Shown: positions 1 through 9,876 of the stretch, piece by piece
How positions within the stretch are numbered: position 1 is the first letter of the stretch
How the letters are laid out: every line of letters starts with the position of its first letter
Source: a virus
Direction: 5' to 3' (one strand)
DNA length: 64,000 bases
IMG/VR virus record: IMGVR_UViG_3300017971_000007
Made by a program: the position numbers and the translations under genes
The notes under the pieces: generated by a model
Databases searched by the model: none
Seen by the model: the letters and a program-made list of their open reading frames with translations, nothing else
Told to the model about the DNA's origin: nothing

Positions 1-2
1 AA

Positions 3-527
3 ATGGCTAGAGTGACTGCTCCAACAAGACAACGTTTCAAACAATATGTCTGCGGTGCGCGACTACTCCGCGGACAGTCTGTGAAGGTAAGCTACTCACA
101 GATAGAAACTGAGCTTGCCTCAACAAACGAGAAAATAAAAAACGGGGCCATCATCCTTATAGACGAAAAAGGAATGTCCGTTTCTTCCAACTACAAGAAC
201 GTGTTCGTGGTGAGAGAGGGGATGAAAGTCATCGAGTGTGATGATTGGAGGGAATTCGTATCCTCAGGAAGAGAACAAAAACCGGAAGAACAGAAGGTCG
301 AAGAGGAAGATGACGTTAAAGAAGATGACGTTGAAGAAGATGATTTGACGGTTCTGGCCGGAATCGGTTCTGGGAGAGAGAAGAAACTGAAAGCGAATGG
401 GATAAAGACTTTCGTGAAACTAGCTTCTATGGAGCCTGCTATATTGGCCAGACTCGTTGGAGCCCCGATGACAACTGACGGAGCAAAAGAGATAATCTCA
501 GCCGCCGCCAGAAGAGTGGAGGGCTAA
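3..527 (+). CDS. Protein with acidic linker and C-terminal helix-hairpin-helix domain (DUF4332-like)
   Basis: C-terminal DDLTVLAGIGSGREKKLKANGIKTFVKLA matches the HhH pattern; EEDDV repeats in the linker. Confidence 0.65.
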   Translation: MARVTAPTRQRFKQYVCGARLLRGQSVKVSYSQIETELASTNEKIKNGAIILIDEKGMSVSSNYKNVFVVREGMKVIECDDWREFVSSGREQKPEEQKVEEEDDVKEDDVEEDDLTVLAGIGSGREKKLKANGIKTFVKLASMEPAILARLVGAPMTTDGAKEIISAAARRVEG

Positions 528-528
528 C

Positions 529-705
529 ATGCTAGTTAAGATAAATCATCCGGAAGGTAAGCCGATTCGAATCGGAAAAGAAACGTACAGAACGCCGGAA
601 GTTGTAGCCATTCCGGACAAGCTGTTATATACGCCTAGAATACAACGAATGAGAAAGAAAAAGTGGCTCATATTTCCGTTCAACCAATCTGAATCCAAGG
701 AGTAG
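529..705 (+). CDS. Small basic hypothetical protein (58 aa, not in ORF track)
   Basis: MLVKINHPEGKPIRIGKETY...ESKE* exactly fills the gap between ORFs 3..527 and 708..1220; GGAGG upstream. Confidence 0.6.
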   Translation: MLVKINHPEGKPIRIGKETYRTPEVVAIPDKLLYTPRIQRMRKKKWLIFPFNQSESKE

Positions 706-707
706 CC

Positions 708-1220
708 ATGGCTCAGCTAGACGGTCTAGGCGAAATTAAGGGCCTATCTAAACAATTCAACGCATTCATTGTGATGATGAGGCTATTCTTCAGAGACTAC
801 GCTGAATTGAATAGACTGGTTAGGGGCGTGGAGCATTCCAACAGATTAATAGCCTGGGCCGCTCTAGACTTTCTTTCAGATTTCAATTCCACTCCTCCTC
901 CGCTCGGGACATTTTCTTTGGAGAGATTGTTAGACCTTGGGTACGCGAGTTTGGCCAGAAAAGGTACGGCCATAGCCTTAATAGAATCTGTTGGAATGCT
1001 CCAAACGCGAAATCATCTCAATTTCAGTGACGGCGGGATAAACGTAGGTGTTTCCGATAAGACTCCGCAACTCCATGCCTGGCTTCAATTGTTTCAAAAT
1101 AAGTACGAACAGGACAAGAACGCCATAAAAATATCAATGAATATGATGGGAATAGTGGGAACCCCTGGAGTTCACTCGGAATATTATTTTGTAAACCAGT
1201 ACTATGGAGTTTTGTACTAA
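708..1220 (+). CDS. Putative head-tail adaptor/neck protein
   Basis: Position upstream of the tail module; helical 170-aa protein; AAGGAG RBS. Confidence 0.4.
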   Translation: MAQLDGLGEIKGLSKQFNAFIVMMRLFFRDYAELNRLVRGVEHSNRLIAWAALDFLSDFNSTPPPLGTFSLERLLDLGYASLARKGTAIALIESVGMLQTRNHLNFSDGGINVGVSDKTPQLHAWLQLFQNKYEQDKNAIKISMNMMGIVGTPGVHSEYYFVNQYYGVLY

Positions 1221-1651
1221 TGGCAATAATACTGAAAGAATTCAGTTCCATTAAGCTGATGGAGGATTACATCAACGGACTGATTGTCGGTCAAGTGGGG
1301 ATAAATCCAGTGAAGGGGATAAACCTGAGAGGGAAGACTCTGGTTTTTACCACTCCAGTAAAAACAGTGACGTTCCCCGATACGTTCGCATTCGAGGCCG
1401 CGAAACCAAATCAGGTCATTGATGAGATTAATACTCAAATGGGAACGACATCAGCCACGTTAAGAGTGACAAATTATCTGTACCAGGTAGCGTTTATTAA
1501 ATCCGGGGATGTCCTAACTGGAGGGACTGCTGTATCACTGCTCGGTCTACCGTCTGCTTTTACTGTGGGGGCCTCGGCCATAGCGTTCGGTGATATCGGC
1601 CAGATAATCCCCGATGTTCACACAAAGAAATACATTCTTCTTCATCAATAG
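1220..1651 (+). CDS. Putative virion structural protein
   Basis: Translationally coupled within the structural operon; TVTF...VIDEIN...GGTAVSLLG resembles the sheath insertion repeats. Confidence 0.4.
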   Translation: MAIILKEFSSIKLMEDYINGLIVGQVGINPVKGINLRGKTLVFTTPVKTVTFPDTFAFEAAKPNQVIDEINTQMGTTSATLRVTNYLYQVAFIKSGDVLTGGTAVSLLGLPSAFTVGASAIAFGDIGQIIPDVHTKKYILLHQ

Positions 1652-1658
1652 GTGACCT

Positions 1659-2642
1659 ATGAATGAATTGGAAAAATATATCGGTAAAGATTTGGAGATA
1701 CCTTGGGAGAAGGCGGCATCGTATTATCTGGCGCTTAAAAACTTCGGTTTGGAGAAGACGGCGGAAGACGGAGACCAGATCTCATCCTACTCTGATATAG
1801 AGAACGAACCAGAAGATTTCCAGAAACCGAAGATTATAAAGAATGGGGGTCCCACTCCAGAGGAAATGGAGCAATTGCGGGCTATGCAAATGCTTCAGCA
1901 GGATGAACAGGAGGAGGCTCTGGCCGGATTAGCAGAGGCAGATTATTACCGCCAAGCTGCTGAGGATTTATCCATGCAGCTTCAAGAAGCGCAAGCTCAA
2001 TTGGAGCAGCAATCCCAGATGGCCCAAGAAGGTCAAGCTATGGCTCAGGAAGCTGATGCACAAAACCAGGACCTCTCAATGCAGCTGGAGCAGGCACTTC
2101 AAGATTCTATGCAGAGCAGGGAAGCCTTGATGCAGATGCGACAAGCTATACAAACGTATAGAGAAAATCTGCAGAATCTGGCTCTGTCAGACCCGACGGC
2201 CATGGCCGGTCCGTTGGCGATGCCACCAATGGAGCAAGACCAGGGCGAACTTCCAGAAGAAGAGATACCAGAAGAAGAGATACTAGAAGAAGGGCAGAAG
2301 ACATCAGCTGCCCTGGACCCAGAAAGAATCATCGGAGCGCTAGCAGGGGCTGCGATATCTGCTGGAGCGTCTAGAGCTACGGCCGGGAAAAAAGATAAAC
2401 CGTCTGCCTTGGAGTCGTCATTGAGGGCGAAGCTGAAGTCTTTGGATGAGGATGAAAGTAAAGGGTACATCGGTAAGACAAAAGCGAATCTGTTTAGATA
2501 TATGGCCGAGGCCGAGAAAACTAAGAGGGAGCATCCTGGAATGGCTTCTGCTGCAGCTGCTATTCCAGGAGCAGTGGTTGGATACAAAGCAGCTCCTCAT
2601 CTTAAGGGGATACTTCAGGCTGTCGCCAGAGGTGGAAAATGA
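1659..2642 (+). CDS. Putative head-internal/ejection protein (Q/E coiled coil, KxA motifs, Gly/Ala hydrophobic C-terminal segments)
   Basis: LEKTA and QKTSAA motifs; long Q/E/A coiled coil; IIGALAGAAISAGA and ASAAAAIPGAVVGY segments. Confidence 0.45.
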   Translation: MNELEKYIGKDLEIPWEKAASYYLALKNFGLEKTAEDGDQISSYSDIENEPEDFQKPKIIKNGGPTPEEMEQLRAMQMLQQDEQEEALAGLAEADYYRQAAEDLSMQLQEAQAQLEQQSQMAQEGQAMAQEADAQNQDLSMQLEQALQDSMQSREALMQMRQAIQTYRENLQNLALSDPTAMAGPLAMPPMEQDQGELPEEEIPEEEILEEGQKTSAALDPERIIGALAGAAISAGASRATAGKKDKPSALESSLRAKLKSLDEDESKGYIGKTKANLFRYMAEAEKTKREHPGMASAAAAIPGAVVGYKAAPHLKGILQAVARGGK

Positions 2643-3412
2643 AATTAAATGAATGGTTAGAGCAGTGTCATCTAAAAGAGCAGCAAAAAGAAGCCTCTGT
2701 TAACTTAGAAGAGCTTTTTGATCATCTAGATACCGGGATGCTGGAGAAGATTGCATCCGGTTCAATGAGTCTGGACGAGGCGCTGACCAAGATAGCTCAA
2801 GGGAAAGAGGAGGGAGATACTCCCGAATCAAAGGTCAAGGAATACTCGAGCGGTGCTATGAGCGCTCATACTAGGGAAGGACTGAAGCCGAGTCAGTTTG
2901 CTATCCCAGAATCAAAGGCCAAGAAGATCGGAGTTGCTGGAGAAATCAAGGGAGAGGCTGAGGGAAAGTATCCGATTCCGGATGAGAAGCATGCCAGGAA
3001 TGCACTGGCCAGAGTCTCTCAACACGGAACTCCTGCCGAGAGGGAAGCTGTCAGAAGTAAAGTCTATGCTAAATACCCACAACTAAGGGAATCGTTCGAG
3101 GAACGGCACGGAGAAAGCCCGACTTCAAAAGAAAATATCAAGAAGAAGGAACAGGGCGGGATAGAAAAGGATTCGGAATCCAAAGTTTCGGCGGCCAAGC
3201 TAGGCATTATGGAAAAAATCTCCAGGATGATGGCCAGGGAGCACATGAAGCAGGCCTCGTGTGCCAGCCGCGGAATGGAAAAGACCGACGAATTCACTAC
3301 CCCAGAAGCCAAGCAGAAGGCTCAGATAATGCAGACGGCGATGAAATCCGTAAAAGGGGCTCCTCCATCTATTAGAAAAGGAGCTATCAAAGCCGTATCT
3401 AAGAAGATATGA
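2639..3412 (+). CDS. Putative head-internal protein with DUF6582-like domain
   Basis: LKPSQFAIP...KYPIPDEKHARNALARVSQHG...VRSKVYAKYP pattern; multiple KEA/KIA/KIS/KQA motifs. Confidence 0.55.
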   Translation: MKLNEWLEQCHLKEQQKEASVNLEELFDHLDTGMLEKIASGSMSLDEALTKIAQGKEEGDTPESKVKEYSSGAMSAHTREGLKPSQFAIPESKAKKIGVAGEIKGEAEGKYPIPDEKHARNALARVSQHGTPAEREAVRSKVYAKYPQLRESFEERHGESPTSKENIKKKEQGGIEKDSESKVSAAKLGIMEKISRMMAREHMKQASCASRGMEKTDEFTTPEAKQKAQIMQTAMKSVKGAPPSIRKGAIKAVSKKI

Positions 3413-4308
3413 AAAACTTCGAATTCAAGAACCTCCTAGTCCGCTCTCTATCTCTAGACTATCTGGAATTTACCTGGGAGATACAGAATACGACACTAGA
3501 CCCGTATGATTTCGAGTGGACTGTGGAAAGGAGTGAGTCACAAGGCGGGCCGTGGGATATTATGGGCGGCCCGTTTAGTGATAGGTATATATTCGTTGAC
3601 ACCAGGATTAATCAATTAAGTCGAAACAGGAAGTACCACTACAGAATCAAGAGTCAGCAAAAGAGCGATTCATCCAACCTAAAATATTCAGATTTAGTAT
3701 CACAAACTGCCAATTCAGACTTGATAGCAGAAGAAATAAAGTTGTTGGAGCAGACCCTATTCAGGGAATACGTCGGAAGATTATGTTGGCTGCTTCCTGT
3801 TAGAACATTCGGACAGTACTGTCCAAACTGTATGGATGTAGACGGACCTGGTTCTACCTTCAGAAAAATAAGGTCGAATTGTCTAACATGCTTCGATAAG
3901 AGATTCGTTCGTGGGTACATGAATCCTATAGAAATCTACCCACAGATAGACCCTTCCCCTAAAAGTGTTCAGCACATGCAAGTCGGAACTACTGAACAGT
4001 CGAATTCTACAGGTCGGATGGGTTCGTTTCCTGCATTAAAGCCTGATGATGTGATAGTAGAGATAGAGAACGTAAGATGGAGGGTCGTCCAGGTCTCCAC
4101 TACCCAACGACTCAGGTCACCAGTTCATCAGGAGTTCACTGTCCATGAGATAACTAAAGGGGACATGGAATACAGGATTCCGTTGAATGTAGACGAGGCC
4201 CTAAAAGATTTGAATCCATCTGCGGAAAGAAACTTCTCCATGCCAGAAAATATGGAGAGTTTTGAGAACGAACAAATTCAAGCTATTCTGAAAGCGTACG
4301 GATACTAA
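3409..4308 (+). CDS. Putative neck/head-closure protein with N-terminal FnIII-like domain and CxxC pairs
   Basis: LEFTWE...WTVERSES..GPWD...FVD...KYHYRIK (FnIII-like); CPNC/CLTC; LKPDDVIVE...RWRVVQV; synteny before the sheath. Confidence 0.5.
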   Translation: MKNFEFKNLLVRSLSLDYLEFTWEIQNTTLDPYDFEWTVERSESQGGPWDIMGGPFSDRYIFVDTRINQLSRNRKYHYRIKSQQKSDSSNLKYSDLVSQTANSDLIAEEIKLLEQTLFREYVGRLCWLLPVRTFGQYCPNCMDVDGPGSTFRKIRSNCLTCFDKRFVRGYMNPIEIYPQIDPSPKSVQHMQVGTTEQSNSTGRMGSFPALKPDDVIVEIENVRWRVVQVSTTQRLRSPVHQEFTVHEITKGDMEYRIPLNVDEALKDLNPSAERNFSMPENMESFENEQIQAILKAYGY

Positions 4309-4643
4309 TGAATTTAGACTCCTTCATAGATGAGCTGGAAAAGATCTCTGAAGAACAAGACAAGGAAAAAATAACTGGAGAGAGGTTCAAGAAATTCCTC
4401 AGATATGGAATCCCGGCTGCCGCATCTCTAGGAGTTGGTTACGGAACCGGAAAATTGATAGGAAGACCTATCCAAAAAAAGGTCATTGAATACGGCATGA
4501 AGGCAGGACCGGCTAAGGTTTTGAGTTATGCGCTTCCCACAGCAGCGGCTTTGGGTACAGCATATAAGTTAGCAAGGTCAAAGATGATATCTGATTTGCT
4601 AGAGAAGACAGGTGACAATACCATCAGGAACAATACAAGCTAG
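4308..4643 (+). CDS. Small putative head-internal/ejection protein
   Basis: N-terminal SFIDELEKIS motif; two Gly/Ala-rich hydrophobic segments. Confidence 0.45.
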   Translation: MNLDSFIDELEKISEEQDKEKITGERFKKFLRYGIPAAASLGVGYGTGKLIGRPIQKKVIEYGMKAGPAKVLSYALPTAAALGTAYKLARSKMISDLLEKTGDNTIRNNTS

Positions 4644-5388
4644 CGGAAGCTCAGTTACTAGTTGGCAGGAGCAACCGCTTCTTCGCATCAGGAAACTAGT
4701 ACTTGCCTTTCTTCAGGGACTTTTCGGGAATGCAGAGACAGGATACTTTCGGTGGCAACCAAGCCTGGAAGACACTGAAATAATCATCACAGATGAAACC
4801 CCCATCCAATTAGAAGTAGTAGGAATAAGGCCAGCAATCAGCATTGTCAGAGGGACGGTAGCTTGGAATAGGACATCCCTTGATACGATGCAGACAATAG
4901 ATTCTAGAACCGGACAAAAAAAGCATACTGATTTAGTCAGCGGGACAATCATCGTGAACTGCTGTTCCAAGGTCTCCCTAGAGAGCGAAAGAATAGCGTG
5001 GATAGTTGCCAGTCATTGTTGGTTGCTCAGATCACTGGTAATGAAACACACGCCGGTTCATGAATTCGGGCAAGGACTTCAAATAAGTGCCCCGTCTCCA
5101 GCAGGAGCAATAGTTTCTGGAGATTCTGATGAGACGTGGATAAATACAACGATTCCGATTCCGTATTTCATGCAGGTATACGGCAAAGTCACTCCTCTGA
5201 ATCAACAGGTATTGAGTGAGATAGAAGCGAACATATCTGTTGAGCTCGGAGCTCAAACGGGATTCACCAGAGACCAACAAATCGCCTCGGCCAGAACGGA
5301 GAACGTCGCCGTAAGACCTCCGTCAATACGAGGACGGCCAATCAGACAAATAGCTTTAATGCAGCAGCTAAGTGTGAAGGAGTCTTAA
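4612..5388 (+). CDS. Putative tail completion/terminator protein
   Basis: Immediately upstream of the sheath; RPAISIVRG...GTIIVNCCSK..LESERIAWIV pattern. Confidence 0.5.
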   Translation: MTIPSGTIQASGSSVTSWQEQPLLRIRKLVLAFLQGLFGNAETGYFRWQPSLEDTEIIITDETPIQLEVVGIRPAISIVRGTVAWNRTSLDTMQTIDSRTGQKKHTDLVSGTIIVNCCSKVSLESERIAWIVASHCWLLRSLVMKHTPVHEFGQGLQISAPSPAGAIVSGDSDETWINTTIPIPYFMQVYGKVTPLNQQVLSEIEANISVELGAQTGFTRDQQIASARTENVAVRPPSIRGRPIRQIALMQQLSVKES

Positions 5389-5389
5389 A

Positions 5390-8300
5390 ATGTCAGCGAC
5401 AGAACTCCCAAGACCTGGAGTGTCGGTAATTCAGCAATTTCGGACTGTGAGCCCGACAATTGTTACTCCAATCTTAGTTCCGTGCATTGTCGGAGCTTCT
5501 TATCAGGTAGTAGAAGCACAAACAACTGACAGCGCGGGAACAACGTCCATAAACAGCGATGCGGCCGTCAGCGTGCCTCCGTCTATCACATCATCTCTGG
5601 CCGGCCTATACACGAATTTGGACGGAAAATCTCTTTTGGTGAGCGTCAATAATGGCCCCGACCAGGAAGTTGTGTTCTCGGACCCAACTGCAGCTGGACT
5701 GAGCGCGTCCCAAGTAAGGTCCCAGATTCTGGCAACCTCTGGAATCAGCGGATGGGCGGCGTATGCCGTGACCCTGGGCGGGAGCTCATACATCCAATTA
5801 AAAGGAAATACGCCAGGCGATGGACAGACCCTAAAAATAATGGATGGGGACGCGAATTCAGATTTGGGTTTTCCGGATTTCTTTGAAGCAAGCGGTTTCT
5901 CCTCATATACTCAGGATAAACGATACATTGCTCAAGGAAACTTCCCAGACCCTAACGATAACATAGATGAACTGGATGTTGATGAGGACAGTATCAGAGT
6001 CTTCGTCAATACCGGATCCCAGCTCAGTGAGATGAAAAGGGACCAGACGTTCCTTCGAAACGGGCATGTATCCTGGATTCAAAGCTCTGCTATCAGTTTT
6101 CCCACGTCCTCTCTGGACGCTAAAACTCTCCAGCTAACGTTTGTGTACGGGGGAGTTGAACAGGTAATCACTTTCGATGGTGATTTCTATGATAATGACG
6201 GGACTCTGGTAGTTCCTGGAATCGCATATGCAGACCCGGGCACGGATACTATCGAGATTCAAAAAAACAACGACACGCCAGTTACAGTGACTTTTGCTTC
6301 TCCAGCAGACATTGACGCAGCAATAACTGCAATCAATGCCGCATGGGCTGGAACATACGCTGGGGAAGATGTGGCATATAGAGCTCTCTCCGACGGTTCC
6401 CCTGACGGAGCCGGAACATTCATCGCGTTCCAGGTCGGAGGAGCAACAGCCACAGGAGATATCGTCAAAGTCATAGAACCTGCAGCCGGGGATGCATTTG
6501 TTGATGTCGGCTTCGTCTCGGGTTCAGGTTCCATGGGTTCGAGCTTAGTCTATTTCATTAATCAGACTCTAAGTTCTCCAGATGACTACCCAGCAGCCAG
6601 TGCGGTGGTAGATGGAGTGACAGATTATCTGAAGCTGTGGTCGTATGACGGATATCTGAAGATTGATAAAGACGGGACCGCTAATGCCTCATTAGGTTTT
6701 TCAACCTCGGCAGATACCGAGCAGTACTCACTGCAGGGTGTGGACGATGGAGACGGCGATACGAAATCCCCGATTATCAGAATCCATAACGAGGATTTTA
6801 CGATAGACCCTACCGGAGCCGAGCTAACCGGCACGGCCGACTTGTCCGGAGAAGTCTATCTCCACAAAATGACCTTCCAGGTTGCCCTGGACGGTCAACC
6901 TATGCAGGAAATCGAGTTCAATGGTGGTCCGATTGTAGCTGATTTGGCGGCTGGGGCCTTCCCCGGAACATGGGACACACAGGTCCTGATTATGGAAGTA
7001 AACGGGACCACGAAGACCGTGACCTTCAGCTCCCCTGCTGATTTAGACGATGTCGTAAACCAAATAAACACGGCTGCTGGACAGCCAGTGGTTTACAGGT
7101 CTGATAGTGTTGGGGCGTACAGTGCTTCCGGTACCTATCTCTCTTTTCAGGTAGGAGGGTCAACCGATGCCGGGGGAGAAATAGAGCTGACCTATACAGG
7201 CTCCACAGCGTGGACGAATATTGGGTTCAGCAGTACTGCCGATGAACAACAGGTTCTGACCTCCTCAGAAATTGAAGCCGCGGTAGAGGCGACATTAGGG
7301 GCGGGTTCCGCAGCAATCGTTTCAAATAATCTCGTCCTGTCATCGGCAGAATACGGTGACGAGTCAAAAATTGAAATCGGGCAGGGTAGCGCCAACGCTA
7401 CCTTAGGATTCACGGACAACGACGTTTCAAGAGGTTCTCCGTTTAAACCGAAATCTGGAGACTATGTGTACGCGGATGGAGAATTCTTGGGAATCGTTAG
7501 CCAGGTAACGCCCGGAGCAGTAAAAACCGATATCCGTCTGGACAGAGAATATTCGTTCTCCACACTACTGAAAAAGAGCTGGTACATGGAGGCTATGAAT
7601 ATTCCTGATACTCTCCCATCAGACAGACCGACTCCGGACTTGGTTGTTGATTTAGCCGGTGACGTGACCCTAAAACATGATTATCTGAGGGATACTCGCG
7701 GCGAGCCTATTAATTCAGCCAATGACCAGATAATCTTGGCCTATAAGGCTTTGAGATTGGATGTTAGCCCCAAGGCTTCAAATCCAAGTCTTTTGACGTT
7801 CGAGGATACAGACGAGCTGGAAACAGCTTTGGCTCCTCTGGACACTGACAACCCACTCGGATTGGGACTGTTTCTGGCTCTGCTAAATGCTCCGGGCGTA
7901 ACTGTTAGCGCAATCGGGGTTGATGCAGTTAGCGCAGATAGCCCGTTCGGAACTCTGGAGGCATTCTCCAGAACAATGAGTTTCCTACAATCAAAAGAAG
8001 TCTACGCAATAGCTCCCCTCACACACGAAAGTGTGGTGAACCAAGCATGGCAGGTTCACGTAAACGAGATGAGCGAGCCCGATTCCAGAGGTGAGCGGGT
8101 AGTTATTATCAATCCGGATATGCCGGATAGAGAATTAGACACTCTGATTGGAAGTGGAACAGATGGAGACTCGACCGGAATAACCAACGAGTTCGATTCC
8201 AAGTTAACGAGTTTGGCCTCCGCGTTATTGGCGGCCGGGATAGACCCAAGCCTTCCTATTCCGGTATCCAGTGGCGTGTATCTGGATATAGCCACCGATG

Positions 8301-9121
8301 CCAAGAGATATAACATCTCTGCATTGTCCGGAACGAAATTGACGATAAATGTCACGTTCGCCCCCGGAGAAAATGACGATCTCTACTACAGCTCGACAAA
8401 CCTTCCAAATACTCTCATCTCAGAGAGTTTCTCTGTGAAAGTGAGAGGAGCTGAACTTCTGGATTCTGACGGGAACCCAGACTACGACGCCATCTCCGAG
8501 ACATACGCTGATTTGGGAAGGTCATTTGGAGACAGACGGGTAGTGATGACTGCCCCAGACCAATGTGCGGCATCAATAAACGGTTTAGAGCAGATAATTG
8601 ATGGGTTCTATATGAATGCTGCCATCGCCGGTATGGTCGGACAGCAGCGTCCTCAACAAGGATTCACCAATTTCCCGATGGCTGGATTAACCAGGGTAAT
8701 TGGCTCTACCGGTGTCTTTAGTGAAACCCAAATGAATAAGGCTGCGGCTGGTGGAGTTTATTGGATTATCCAAGAAGTAGCGAACGGTCCACTTACTTGT
8801 CGTCATCAGCTGACCACAGACTTAACCTCGGTAGAGACGCGTGAGTTCTCTATCACCAAAGACGTAGACTTCTGCGCGAAGTTTATGAGGTCCGGCCTCA
8901 GAAACTTCATCGGAAAATTCAATATCACTCAGCCATTCCTGGATACTCTGACAACTGTTATCCAAGGACAGCTCTCATTCCTAGCAGAGAACGGGGTAAT
9001 CCTTGGAGGAGAGCTGAACAACATCATTCAGGATACCGATAATCCCGACACCGTCATAATTGACGTTACGATAGACGTCCCATACCCGTGCAATTACATC
9101 CGTCTGACACTTATAGTGTAG
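5390..9121 (+). CDS. Contractile tail sheath protein, unusually large (1243 aa) with inserted repeat domains
   Basis: N-terminal LPRPGVSVIQ; C-terminal AAIAG...QGFTN...CRHQLTT...REFSI...DF...FIGK.NIT...PYPCNYIRLTLIV, typical of myovirus sheaths. Confidence 0.92.
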   Translation: MSATELPRPGVSVIQQFRTVSPTIVTPILVPCIVGASYQVVEAQTTDSAGTTSINSDAAVSVPPSITSSLAGLYTNLDGKSLLVSVNNGPDQEVVFSDPTAAGLSASQVRSQILATSGISGWAAYAVTLGGSSYIQLKGNTPGDGQTLKIMDGDANSDLGFPDFFEASGFSSYTQDKRYIAQGNFPDPNDNIDELDVDEDSIRVFVNTGSQLSEMKRDQTFLRNGHVSWIQSSAISFPTSSLDAKTLQLTFVYGGVEQVITFDGDFYDNDGTLVVPGIAYADPGTDTIEIQKNNDTPVTVTFASPADIDAAITAINAAWAGTYAGEDVAYRALSDGSPDGAGTFIAFQVGGATATGDIVKVIEPAAGDAFVDVGFVSGSGSMGSSLVYFINQTLSSPDDYPAASAVVDGVTDYLKLWSYDGYLKIDKDGTANASLGFSTSADTEQYSLQGVDDGDGDTKSPIIRIHNEDFTIDPTGAELTGTADLSGEVYLHKMTFQVALDGQPMQEIEFNGGPIVADLAAGAFPGTWDTQVLIMEVNGTTKTVTFSSPADLDDVVNQINTAAGQPVVYRSDSVGAYSASGTYLSFQVGGSTDAGGEIELTYTGSTAWTNIGFSSTADEQQVLTSSEIEAAVEATLGAGSAAIVSNNLVLSSAEYGDESKIEIGQGSANATLGFTDNDVSRGSPFKPKSGDYVYADGEFLGIVSQVTPGAVKTDIRLDREYSFSTLLKKSWYMEAMNIPDTLPSDRPTPDLVVDLAGDVTLKHDYLRDTRGEPINSANDQIILAYKALRLDVSPKASNPSLLTFEDTDELETALAPLDTDNPLGLGLFLALLNAPGVTVSAIGVDAVSADSPFGTLEAFSRTMSFLQSKEVYAIAPLTHESVVNQAWQVHVNEMSEPDSRGERVVIINPDMPDRELDTLIGSGTDGDSTGITNEFDSKLTSLASALLAAGIDPSLPIPVSSGVYLDIATDAKRYNISALSGTKLTINVTFAPGENDDLYYSSTNLPNTLISESFSVKVRGAELLDSDGNPDYDAISETYADLGRSFGDRRVVMTAPDQCAASINGLEQIIDGFYMNAAIAGMVGQQRPQQGFTNFPMAGLTRVIGSTGVFSETQMNKAAAGGVYWIIQEVANGPLTCRHQLTTDLTSVETREFSITKDVDFCAKFMRSGLRNFIGKFNITQPFLDTLTTVIQGQLSFLAENGVILGGELNNIIQDTDNPDTVIIDVTIDVPYPCNYIRLTLIV

Positions 9122-9150
9122 AATAAGGGACGTCATAATAGGAGATAACA

Positions 9151-9876
9151 ATGGCTAGCGGAAGATTTTCAGAATGGGCTCCATACGAGCACTACGTACA
9201 AGCGGGTCTCGTTGACGGTCAATTCATTTCTGCGGGCTTTACGATGATAGCCGCCGGTCCCCCCAGACTGGCGAATATCGGAGGAGCCACGGTAACAGCT
9301 GGAGCTCTATCAGGAACAGGGGCAGACCAGATAGTGCTACCGCTTGGTGTGGTTCAGAATCTTAATCTGAGTCATAACAGGCAGTTTATGCGCATATTCG
9401 AGGTCGGGAGTGAAAGAAGTTATCACATTTCCGGTCGTACGATGGGTCAGTTATCGATAGCCCGTGTCATGTATCATGGCCCGAGTTTGTTGAGAATGAT
9501 GTACGCGTACTATGAGGACCTAATCCCTCCTACGACAGTACCATCGGTATTTCCGAATGCTGGCGCGGCGACAGTAGCAAACCCTCATGACGTGAAGGTA
9601 CCTCCAGGATACGAGAATCTGTATCTGAATCTTGCATCTGATTTGTTTAATCAACCGATTGGGTTGCTGGTTTATGTGAGGGACAGTAACGAAGACACAG
9701 TAGGAGCAGTTTACTTAGAAGCGGCATTCATCCCAAATCACACATGGGCGACAGATGCTCAGGGTGTGATGATTCAAGAATCTGCGGCTGTTCAATTCGA
9801 GAGAGCTGTTCCAGTCGCGGTCAACGCTTTGAGCTTGATAACCGGAGCTTCAGCTTCTATTCTTGGCGGAGCATGA
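9151..9876 (+). CDS. Tail tube protein
   Basis: Directly after the sheath; LGVVQNLNLSHNRQFMRIFEVGSERSY...GQLSIARVM...AVYLEAAFI...IQESAAVQFER. Confidence 0.8.
   Translation: MASGRFSEWAPYEHYVQAGLVDGQFISAGFTMIAAGPPRLANIGGATVTAGALSGTGADQIVLPLGVVQNLNLSHNRQFMRIFEVGSERSYHISGRTMGQLSIARVMYHGPSLLRMMYAYYEDLIPPTTVPSVFPNAGAATVANPHDVKVPPGYENLYLNLASDLFNQPIGLLVYVRDSNEDTVGAVYLEAAFIPNHTWATDAQGVMIQESAAVQFERAVPVAVNALSLITGASASILGGA

Noticed and set aside
5503-8355. Minus-strand ORFs inside the sheath gene and similar antisense ORFs throughout the window
   Set aside because: Antisense shadows of well-supported genes; Ser/Phe-rich and lacking RBSs
5390-9876. Sheath/tube genes as a bacterial T6SS, eCIS or tailocin
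   Set aside because: Context has neck and head-associated genes, phage metabolic genes and more than 100 small orphan ORFs, with no host housekeeping synteny
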